A stretch of DNA of 64,000 nt from Squalus acanthias (taxonomy: Eukaryota), in contig CM059432.1 of NCBI GenBank assembly GCA_030390025.1, forward strand, positions 28,522,001-28,586,000. Direction: 5' to 3'. The notes under the pieces were generated by a model, which searched no databases, had not been told where the DNA came from, and worked only from the letters and a program-made list of their open reading frames with translations. Positions 50,101 to 62,100 of the stretch are shown here, piece by piece. Made by a program: the position numbers and the translations under genes. Each line of letters begins with the position of its first letter. Position 1 is the stretch's first letter.

Positions 50101-53100
50101 GGAAACATGGGTGCTGAGTCAAAGACGAAAAGATTAGTAGGTATGCCCAAAATCTTGGCCAAAAAGAGGTAGGTATTAAGGAGAGGCTTAGAGGAGATGG
50201 AGAGCGATTTAGGGAGGGAATTACAGAGCATGGGGCCTAGATGATTGAAGGGACAGTTACCAATGTTGGTTTGATAGGATACTGGTAGCAGAAGTTTGAA
50301 TGGCTGAAGTTTATGGAGCCTCAAGGTGACACAGGCATGGTTGAGGGTTTCAGTGGGTGATGGGCTGAGGTAGGGGTGAGGGTGCGTAATGTTATGGAGT
50401 TGGAAGTAGGTGGTCGTTGTGATAAGAGTGAATATGGGTTTGGAATTTCAGCTTGGATTCGAATAGAATGCTAAGGTTGCGAACACTGAGAGAGGCTGGC
50501 AAGGGTATGGAGATTATGCCGGAGAATAAAGATGATGGCTTTGATCTTCCTAATGTTTATCTAGAGGAAATTATAGCTTATCCAAGACTTGATTTCAGAC
50601 AAGTGGACTGACAGCACAGAGGCAGTGGAAGGGTCGAGAGAGATGGTGGAAAGGTAGAGCTGGGTGTCATCAGCATGCATGTCATCAAGGGGAAGCATGT
50701 ACATGAGGAAGAGGTGGGCGCCAAGTATGGATCCTTGGAGGGTTCCTGAGATTATGGTATTGGGGCGGGAAGAGAAGCTGTTACGAGAGATGCTCTGGCT
50801 ACGATCGGAGAGGTAACACTGGAACCAAGCAATGGCAATCCCACAGAGCTGGACAGCCGATGAAAGGCTTTGGAGGAGAATGGTGTGATCAACCACGTCG
50901 ATGGGAACAATGCTTTCGAGGTGAAGGGAAGAAAGCTGGGAAGTACATTGAGAGGGTGAAGAGAAGGAAGCTGAGAGCCCACGCCCAGAAAATTTTGATT
51001 TATGATACTTCAGTCTCATTTCAGGAGAATGCTGCAGCCGCCACACTCTGTATAACTTCTAACAGGAGTTGAGCTGAGTGGGAGGTGAAAAAAGAAACTT
51101 ATATAGCACCTTGAGCGGATGTAACTCACTCTCTGGCGCGGCGCGTTACGGCGGGTTTACCTGGCGTCTGGAAGTTGAGCGCCACCAGCTGGCTGCCGCA
51201 GATCCACATGGGCAGCGGGTCGTAGTTGGAGGAGTCCAAGCGTTGCCCCTTGGGGTAGACGCGGCTCAGTTGCCGGTGGTTGTACAGAAGAAACTTCTTG
51301 CCCTTACTTTTGTTGGCGTATTTCTCCGCCTTTGTTTCGGGGAAGGATGACATGTCTCTGTAACAGGCCTTGTCTGATCCAATCTCTGTCAACGAGGCAA
51401 CGCAAGGTCAGCAAGGAAACACCAAGATCACAGCAGGCTAACCAGATACATCAATTCCTCTTTTTACAGGATCCATTGCTCATCAATGGTATACTTTGCT
51501 CTTTGGTATTTAATGACTCCTTCTCTGGATTACATGACGCAGAGAGCAGTTTACTATTGGCCGGGAATTTCCTCGGATCTTCTCCCAGTCCACGGCTGTA
51601 ACTCTGGCAGAAGTGAGGCAGAAACCCCGTTTACGCACATAAGCATTATTTCCAGCAAAGTTACAGCACTGGAGTGGGAGCAGGTCTGCGGATATTTGGT
51701 GTTGGCTAGATCAGAGAATTTTTATACTCATCTAGTGAGCTGGGGGAGATGGAGACTGCCATTTCAAATACTCAGCATCAGCATTGAGCTCTCCCCAATC
51801 AGGCATAGCACCAGTATAAGCAGAGTAAGGCTCCCTCTACACTGCCTCAGCAATGCGCCTCAATCCAAACAAGAGTCCCTACTCCGCCAGTGTGACATCC
51901 CACTTCCCACACCAGCTGTCCTGTGGGCGGTCTGAGTGATACAAATAAGGTGAGGCCAATGGGCCTATATTTCTACAGGGGCTACTCTGCCATCAGAAGT
52001 GATGTTGGGATGTGCCATTTGTATGGGCAGGGAGGGTTTCCAGCATCTCTAAGGGCACTTCAGTGGCGTCTGGCTCAATAACTTTCCGGGCTGAAAATCA
52101 AAGGTTTTGCCTCAAGCCATAAAGGATTGATTACCTCAGCCTAGGTAAGGTTTGGGACCTTTCAGAAGGCCTTAAAGGATCTCCTGTCAGCGCTCAGCTG
52201 GTGTGAATTCCGCTGAGGCTTTTTAAGGGCGTAAAGGGAAAATTCTCAGGGTAGCCTGGGAACTCCCCCTAACACCCCCCTGATGTAGAGGGCTTGGTGG
52301 AAAATCTGGCTATGACCCTCTACTGGAAAGTGGGACACAGAAAAAACAGAGTGTAATCCCGGCAGAACTCCATTTTCCAGCCCCCGATCTGGAGCCTGGG
52401 ATTATTTCCACTGGAGCAGAGAAGGCTAAGAGAGGAGAGGTTTTAAAATAACAAAGAGTTTTGATCAAGTGAATAGGGAAATTCCACTGATCAGGAAGCC
52501 AGTGTTGAGGGGTCATCAATTTAAAACGACCGCTCAGTGTGAGGAGAGAGGTTAGGAGAAATTCCTTTGCACAGAAGGTTGTTGGAGCATAGAATGTTTG
52601 CCACAGGGAGTGTTTGAGGCAGAGACCATTGCATCTCTGAAGCGAAAATTGGATAAATCTTTGATGCAGACAAAGAGATCTGGGGAGAGATAAGGCAGTG
52701 GGATTCGTTTTGGATTAGTCGAGCAAACAGCTGGTACAGACATGATAACAACAACTTGCATTTATATAGCGCCTTTAACATAGTAAAACATCCCAAGACA
52801 ACAGGCCCAATGACGACTCTGTGCTGTAAACCGCTATGTTCTATAACAATAAGATCTGCCGGGATTCTGCCTTAGTCCAGACAGGAATTGCGGACCCAAT
52901 AAATTTTGTGCTGGATTAGGGTCATGTTGCATGTCAGTCTTGTCCACATGATTCTATTTAATTTAAAGACAAAATTAACTCAATAAAATACATTGCAATA
53001 AGATGATGTGACAGGAAATCGAATGTTTCCGTCTGAATGGCCAAATGTATTGAGTCAAACTTACTTTCTTCATCAAAAGGCACAGGGCGGCAGTAGACAA

Positions 53101-56100
53101 CCAGCTCCGACAATTCCAATGCAATCTTCTTTCGCCTCTCCATTATTTTTCCTTCTTGCATCTGTTGCAAAGAGAAATAGTCATTTAACACCATTGTGTG
53201 AGCATCTTCACCACATAGGCTGCAGTGGTTCAAGAAGAAGGCCCAACACCACCTTCTCAAGGACAATGATGGGCAATAAATGCCGATCTTGCCAGCGAAG
53301 CCCACATCCTGAGAATGATAAACAAATTGGCTTTTCTTATCGTTCTCTCCGAAAGGAGTTGACTCATTCTGGGGCACAGTCTCACAGGTACTGCCCACCC
53401 TTCAGTACCTTGCCCAAGTGGTCATTCTAGACGTATGAATCTTGACAGATTATTCAATCTTGAAATGTATCACGCTGAGGTCTGTCCTATCCTCACCCGA
53501 CATCTACCAGCAGGCATTTTCTAGCAGGGGTCACGGGATAGCAACCAGGAATGAAAACCCTGGCTGATTCTTCCCCTCCCGAGCCAGGGCACTCACATCC
53601 CACGACTAAGCTCTGGCCTGCTGTCCTTCAAACAACATTCCATCTCCTGCCTCAGAATCACAAAAACCATCATATTCCTGTGGAATATTTGAGTATCTCA
53701 GTCCATACCGATCCCTACCCACCACCAATCAATCCCACTCCCAGTCAAATTTATCAGATCCTTTTTAAAGGAGTCAGCCACCCTGGCCTCAGCTGCTTTC
53801 GCCAGAAACATATCCACACTCCAGGGGAAAATAAAAAGTTTCTTCTAACCTTCAGTCTTGCATGAGACCTGTTCATTTTTTTTATTCATTCACAGGATGT
53901 GGGCGTCGCTGGCAAGGCCGGCATTTATTGCCCATTCCTATTGCCCTTGAGAAGGTAGTGGTGAGCCACCTTCTTGAATTGCTTGCTCGACCATTTCAGA
54001 GGGCAGTTAAGAGTCAACCACATTGCTGTGGGTCTGGAGTCACATATAGGCCATACTGGGTAAGAATGGCAGATTTCCTTCCCTAAAGGATATTAGTGAA
54101 CCAGATGGGTTTTTATGACAAACTGGTAGTTTCATAGTCACCATTACTAGCTTTTTGATTCCAGATTTATTTAATTGAATTTAAATTCCACAGGTTCTGT
54201 GGTGGGATTTGAACTCATGTCTCCAGATCATTAATCCAGGCCTCTGGATTACTAGTCCAGTAACATAACCACTGATGCTATCATACCCCACTATATTTTA
54301 AACCTATGTGCTCTAATTCGGTGCTCACAGTTAAATACCTTGCTTACATCCACACCATCCATGTCTCGCAGCATTTTAAAGACCCAGATCACGTTTTCTT
54401 TTCTGCAGTAAGTCATGTCAGTGAGTGGGTCAGTGGGATGTTTGACCATGAAGGGCATCACAACTGAGCCTAATCTTGTTTTCACTCAAAACACACTTGC
54501 GCACACACACGTGCACGCACGCAAACACGCACACACACATGCACAAACGCATGCACACATGCACACACACGCACACACATGAACTTTTCAAGCAAAGGTC
54601 ACTGAATAGTGATCAGGAGTGAGAACACTGACCAGTTTTCTCTTCCCTAACCCAGGGGAGTTGAGACAAATTGTTGCAGCCTCAACCATGCCATGGCTGA
54701 AATCAGCTAACTCAACACAGAGCAAAACAACAACTTGCAATTATATAGCCTCTTTAACATAGTAAAACGTCCAAAGACACTTCACAGGAGTGTTATCAGA
54801 CAAAAATTAACACCAAGCCAAAGAGGGAGCTATTAGGATAGGTGACCAAGCGCTTGTTTAAAGAGGTAGGTTATAAGCAGTATCTTAAAGGAGGAAAGAG
54901 GTAGAGAGGCGATGAGGTTTGGGGAGGGAATTCCATAGCTTAGGGCCTAGACAGCTGAAGGCACGGCTGCCAATGGTGGGATGAAGGAAGTGGAGAGTTG
55001 ACTCAGAGACTAGGGTACTGAATTTAAAAAAAGGAAACTACGATGGTATGAGGCGCGAGTTGGCTAGGATGGATTGGGGAATGTTACTTAAAGGGTTGAT
55101 GGTGGATAGGCAATGGCAAACATTTAAAGATCGCATGGATGAACTACAGAATTTGTTCATCCCTGTTTGGCATAAGAATAAAATAAAAAAGGTGACTGAA
55201 CCGTGGCTAACAAGGGAAATTAGGGATAGCATAAGATCCAAGGAAAGGACATATAAATTGGCCAAAAAAAGCAGCAAACCTGAGGATTGGGAGCAGTTTA
55301 GGATTCAGCAAAGGAGAACAAAGGGATTAATTAAGAGGGGGAAAATAGAGTATGAGAGTAAGCTTGCAGGGAACATAAAAACTGACTGTAAAAGCTTCTA
55401 TAGATATGTGAAGAGAAAAAGATTGGTGAAGTCAAGCGTAGGTCCCTTGCAGTCAGAATCAAGGGAATTTATAATGGGGAACAAAGAAATGGCAGGACTA
55501 ATTAAATACATACTTTGGTTCTGTCTTCACAAAGGAGGACACAAATAAACTCCTAGAGATGTCGGGGAACATAGGGTCTAATGAGAGGGAGGAACTGAAT
55601 GAAATCAGTATTTGTAGGGAAATGGTGTTAGGGAAATTGACGGGATTGAAGGCCGATAAATCCCCAGGGCCTGATAATCTATATCCTAGGGTACTTAAGG
55701 AAGTGGCCCTAGAAATAGTAGATGCATTGCTGGTCATCTTCCAAAATTCTATAGACTCTGGAACAGTTCCCATGGATTGGAGGGTAGCTAATATAACCCC
55801 ACTATTTAAAAAAGGTGGTAGAGAGAAAACGGGGAATTATAGACCGGTAAGCCTGACATCGGTAGTGGGGAAAATGCTAGAGTCCATTATAAAAGATGTA
55901 ATAGCAGAGCACTTGGAAAACAGTGACAGGATCGGACAAAGTCAACATGGATTTACAAAAGGTAAATCATGCTTGACTAATCTACTGGAATTTTTTGAGG
56001 ATGTAACTGGTAGAATAGATAAGGGAGAACCAGTGGATGTGGTGTATTTGGACTTTCAGAAGGCTTTCGATAAGGTCCTGCATAAGAGATTAGCGTGCAA

Positions 56101-59100
56101 AGTTAAAGCACATGGGATTGGAGGTAAGGTACTGACTTGGATAGAAAACTGGTTGGCAGACAGGAAGCAAAGAGTCGGAATAAACGGGTCTTTTTCCGAG
56201 TGGCAGGCAGTGACTAGTGGGGTACCGCAGGGATCGGTGCTAGGACCCCAGTTATTCACAATATATATTAATGATCTAGACGAGTGAACTAGATGTAATA
56301 TCTCCAAGTTTGCAGACGACACAAAGCTGGGTGGGTGTGTGTGCTGTGAGGAGGATGCAGAGAAACTCCAGTATGATTTGGACAGGTTGGGTGATTGGGC
56401 AGATGCATGGCAGATGCAGTATAATGTGGATAAATGTGAGGTTATCCACTTTGGTGGCAAAAACAGGAAGGCAGATTATTATCTGAACGGCAATAGATTG
56501 GGAAAAGGGGAAGTGCAACGAGACCTGGGTGTCCTTGTGCACCAGTCGCTGAAGGTAAGCATGCAGGTGCAGCAGGCGGTTAAGAAGGCAAATGGTATGT
56601 TGGCCTTCATAGCGCAAGGATTCGAGTACAGGAGCAAGGATGTCTTGCTGCAGTTGTACAGGGCCTTGGTGAGACCACACCTTGAGTATTGTGTGCAGTT
56701 TTGGTCACCTTATCTGAGGAAGGATGTTCTTGCCATGGAGGGAGTGCAGCGAGATTCACCAGACTGATACCTGGGATGGCAGGAATGACGTATGAAGAGA
56801 GATTGGGTCGATTAGGTTTATATTCGCTAGAGTTTAGAAGAATGAGAGGGGATCTCATTGAAACTTATAAAATTCTAACAGGACTAGACAGACTAGATGC
56901 AGGAAGGCTGTTCCCGATGGCGGGGGAGTCCAGAACCAGGGGTCACAGTCTAAGGATAAGGGGTAAGCCATTTAGGACTGAGATGAGGAGGAATTTCTTC
57001 ACCCAGAGAGTGGTGAACCTGTGGAATTCTCTACCACAGAAGGCAGTTGAGGCTAATTCATTAAATATATTCACGAAGGAGTTAGATATATTTCTTAAGG
57101 CTAAGGGGATCCAGGGATATGGGGAGAAAGCAGGGACAGGGTACTGAATTTGGATGATCAGCCATGATCGCATTGAATGGCAGAGCAGGCTCGAGGGGCC
57201 GAATGGCCTACTCCTGCTCCTATCTTCTATGTTTCTATTATTCTATGAATGCACAAGAGGCCAGAGTTGGAGGAATGCAGAGTTCTTGGAGGGTTGTAGA
57301 GCTGGATGAGGTTACAGAAATAGGGAGAGATGAGGCCATGGAGGGATTTAAACACGAGCAAGCACAGGGGTGATTGATGAACAGGACTTGGTGCAGCGAT
57401 AGAACCTAAGCTATTCCTAGTCTGGATCAGCTACTTACTGGTCAAACCCACAGCCATCAGGGGAACTGAGTTAAAACTGTATTTTGCTACTGGAAAATAA
57501 AACAGTCGTTGTATCCAGTTAGGCCTCATTTGTAGCATCCAGCTCCTTTAAGAATTGGGCAAAGAAAGTGGTTGCAATTATTTTCCATCTTGCAGAGTTG
57601 ACAGCAAGAATAAGTTCCATTGTACCAACATCTCCCAATGGCTATTGGCTCACACTTACCCTGGCATCTGCATTCTGTGTTGCCTCCCGGATCTTGGCAG
57701 CCCAGTCATTCAGATCTTCTTGACTATCTGCAGCTACGTCCAACATCTGCACAGGGTGGGACATTTGTTGGGAGTGGATGGTGAACACGTACTGCTTGCT
57801 TCCTTTCCCTTCCTTCTGAATAACTGCCAAGTAAATGCTGAGAATGTTAATATGGTGCGGGCAATCACAGTCACTTAATAAAGAATCGATTCCATTTTTG
57901 AAAAATGTAATTGGCTGCGATTTTAATTCCCCACGCCTGGCGGAAAGTGGGCAGGGAGGGGATGGGCAGTGGCAGCTTCCCCAACAGACCAGACCTGACC
58001 GGAGGAGGAGCTTGAGCCAGAAGTATTTACAGTTTTGGTTTCCATGCGAGCCAGGAGGGAGCAGGAGTGCTCCTCCGGGCTTCACAAGGAATCCTTGGGC
58101 TCCCCTTGCCGCAGGCTTCACCCCGCCCACCCCGCCACCTCCTAACTGATCAGCGGATCTGTTCCCACGAGTCCCTGGCTGCAGCCTCCTACTGCCGAAT
58201 TCCTGCTCCCACCTGCCAGTCAGGTAATAGGTCTGGCCGGGTTCAAGCGGGACATCGGGAACATTTATGTAAATGAGGCACCGCCAATGTCCCCGAGCTC
58301 ACCGGGTTAGTCGCCCACTTCGGGGCCATTGGGTTAACATACTGTTGTCTTACCTCTGATTCTGACAGATCAGAGGTCTGTCTTGTTTAAGAACATAGGA
58401 ATCTCTACAATGTAATTCTTATAGAAATTTGTAGCTTGCTATTATTGTAAATATTTTAAAATTGCCTTTTGTATCTGTTTGCTAGGATAGCTGTCTGTTT
58501 CTGTATATGGCGAAGGTTGGAAATGTGCAAACCTATTCAGTAGATATGTGCGCAATTGAAAGGAAAATACTGTTTATATTAAATACTATCTACAGGATTC
58601 ACTGCAGCAGCTCGACAGAGCTTCTTCGGCAGCACCTCCTAAACCCGTGACGTCCACCACCTAGAAGGACAGATGCAGTAGGTGCATGGGAACACCACCA
58701 CCTCCAAGTTTCCCTTCAAGTCATACACCATCCTGACTTGGACATATTTTGCTGTTCCTTCATCGTTGCTGCGTTAAAATTCTGGACCTCCCTACCTAAC
58801 TGCATTGTGGGAGTACCTTCACCACACGGAATGTAGCGGTTCAAGAAGGCGGCTCACCTCCACCTTCTCACGGGCAATTAGGGATGGGCAATAAATGCTG
58901 GCCTTGCCAGCAACGCCCACATCCCAAGAATTAATATAAAAAAATGTTGATTTGCTTATAGGCAGCTTTCTGTCAGGACATAGTAGTTTTATTGTTTAAA
59001 CAGACACATTTGTCATAATACCTGACAAATACGCTAAGTCTGCCCAAGTGATAGAAATAGTTCACATTAGGTTATCAACTGCCTATGCTAACAGTTAACT

Positions 59101-62100
59101 AATGAGCCGTTAGTTGTGGTGTTTGTCTCAAGAGGGGTCCTGTTTACCAGACTGGCAGTTCTGATGTGTCCGGAAGGTAGTTAAGTTGCCCAAGTCATGC
59201 CTCCGATAGCCTTCCCTTTGAACTTTGAAGCTTGACTTCATTGATGAGGCAGTTTTGATTGGTTGCGAATAATACCTATCTGTCTTTCTTAATACTAGTT
59301 TGGGCATCAAAGAAAAGAGAGAGATATAACTGGGCCTGATGCACGATCCTCCTCAGCTCTCTTCTACAGGTGCTGCTATATGAGGCAGAGGCTCGGAGGG
59401 ATTCTGTGAAGTGTCTTTCTTGCGCAAAAGCTTTTCATCAAGGAATCACGGTTCCAGTCTAAAAAGTTACCACAGAGATATGCAAGAGCTTTGGGACTTG
59501 GTTTTAGAACTGTTCTAAAGCACTCGTGAGCAATCAAATATTCCATTACTGTACGCATTCTGCCTATTGATCCATTTTGCATCTGTGATTTTTTTTGTCT
59601 CTTAATAAACGCTAATTAGTAGCTACCCATATCCTATCCCCCATACAAAGTCACGCTCATCCATCAGCCCTGGTCTCATTGACCTACATTGGCTTCCAAT
59701 GCCTCAAATTTAAAATTTTCATCTTTGTATTTAAATCCCACCATGCCCTCACCATCCCTAGCTCTGTAACCTCCTCCAGCCCTACTGCCCCTCACATATT
59801 CTCCGGTCCTCTGACTCTGGCATCTTGTGCTCCCCCTCATCTCTTTGCCTCACTATAGGTGGTCGTGTCTTCAACTGACTAGGCCCCATGATCTAGATTT
59901 CCCTCTCTAAACCTCTCTGCCTCTTCGCCCCCCTCTCTTCCTATAAAACCTTCCATATGTCCCCAACCCTCCTCCCTGTGACAAAGCTTTTGGTCATCCT
60001 TTGTCATCTTTCCTCCTTTGGCTCGGTGTCCAATTTCCTTATCCCTCTACAAAGCACATTGGAACAGTTTTCCATGTTAAAGGCACTAGGAAAATGCAAG
60101 TTGTTGTTTTTACCCTGAATTATAAGTCTGTCAGCATATCATTTTACATCAGGTTTGGAAAGGTTAGCAGTTATGGGGTAATTCATACCGACAGCAAAAC
60201 AGTTCATTGTTCACCCTGGGCATGCCAGATGCTAAATACCTTGTGCATACAGCCAAGAACACAAGCTCACCCTTAGAAGCTGGCGTTTTTGTGAAGCATG
60301 AGTAGAAAGTCTTGGGAAAAGGTTTGAATTGTAACACTAAGTTCAAATTTATCCCCAGATTGATGGAATGAAAATGCCCTCTTATTGCTGACTGTAAAGA
60401 TTTCATGTGAGATGTGAGTCTCAACTCTATTTCCTAGAGGGTGTGGTCCTTAGTAAAAACTGTGCTTACGTCATCATCAATTGTATACTAAATTGCAGTC
60501 TCATTCAGAGATACCACAGACCTAGTGTGGGAAATAAAGAATAAAAGAACTTATATTTACATAGCAACTTTCATGACCACAGAACATCCCAAAGCACTTT
60601 ACAGCCAATGAAGTACAGTCACTGTTGTAGTGTAAGAAATGCTGCAGCCAATTTGCACACAGCAAGCTCTCACAAACAGTGATGAGATAATGACCAAATC
60701 ATCTGTTTTTTTAGTGATGTTGTTTAAGGGATAAATATTAGCCAGGACTCCAATGCTCTTCTTTGAATAGGGCCATGGGATCGGTTTAACATTTGATCTG
60801 AAGGATAGAACCTCTGTAAGTGCAGCACTCCCTCAGTACTGCACAGAAGTACCAGCCTAGATTAAGTGCTCAAGTCTCTGGAGTGGGATGTGAACCCACA
60901 ACCTTCTGACTCGGAGACGAGAGTGTTACCACTGACACACAATGGAAAAAATGCTATACTGCTGCTGTAGGAGGTGGTCTTCTGAGGTTGGGGTTTAGGC
61001 ACATTGCTGGGGCAGTGTAGGGGGAGCTCTACTGTGCATGCCTGTACTGCAACTGACCTGGGAGTGCTTGATTCTAGCATTACTTTGACATGAACGACAG
61101 AAGGAAGCCACTCGGCCCGTTAAATCTGTGTCAGCTCTTTCTTTTGGCAGTGTATCAATAAATATATTTGTATTAAACTTCGTTGTGCATTACTGTAGTG
61201 TAGTCAGGGACCCCTTTGAAATATTTTTATGTGACTTTATTAAGCAGTGTACCTCTAGACAACGTTATACCTTTGGCTGTATAGACATTTTCTGTTGCTC
61301 ATGTTGACACACACAAAATTCAACAGAAAGTAGGAATAATGTAAGGGACTGTGAGATCTTTGCAACACTGCTCACCGACATGACATGTTGGAACGTCAAT
61401 AAATCCTTTGAGGAAACTTCCCAGTGGGCTGTTTTCCACAGACTGCAGGAACAGAAAAAGAAAATATAAATTGCAAAAGCACATCTGTATCTATATTATT
61501 TCATATATATAAATATTGATGTCATGCATCCGTCACACTTAAGTGTCATACTACCACATATGCAAATTTCTGAGTCTTGTTTAAAAAGAGGAGGGCCATT
61601 TATTTCTAGTCTACAAGAGATTGCTGAAAATTGGGTGTGGGATAACTCCAACAAAAGAAGCCATTAGAGTTAGTGAGTGACCAGCTTCCAGAGTCCCAGC
61701 ATTGCAAATTTTGGTGGATTGCCTGGACTATGTTCACCCCTTCCTACTGCACCAGGGCTGAGATTCAGGGCCCAGTTTGTGATGAACTGGCTGGACTCCA
61801 CTCGCTCCCATTCCACTGCAGTGGGACTGAGAGCGCGCATGCAACCTATGGAGGACCAGGTGCTGAATCCTTCTCCTCAAGCATCTCCTCTGATTCACTG
61901 AAATGAAGCAATGGTACTGATGACTGGGGGAAGTGCTAGGAACAAAGAGTAAGGGACAAAACAATGGGATGACAGGGGACAAATCAAGAGGCCGGCCTTA
62001 GCAAAGTGAGGTTTTAAATAAATTTGTTTGAAAAGTGCCTGTGTTTCATTCTGCTAATTATTGAGGACAAGTCCATTCTCTTATTCTGGAACATTCCTTC

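Noticed and set aside
55048..57147. Intact reverse transcriptase gene
   Set aside because: 5'-truncated CR1 with frameshifts and an in-frame stop; not autonomous
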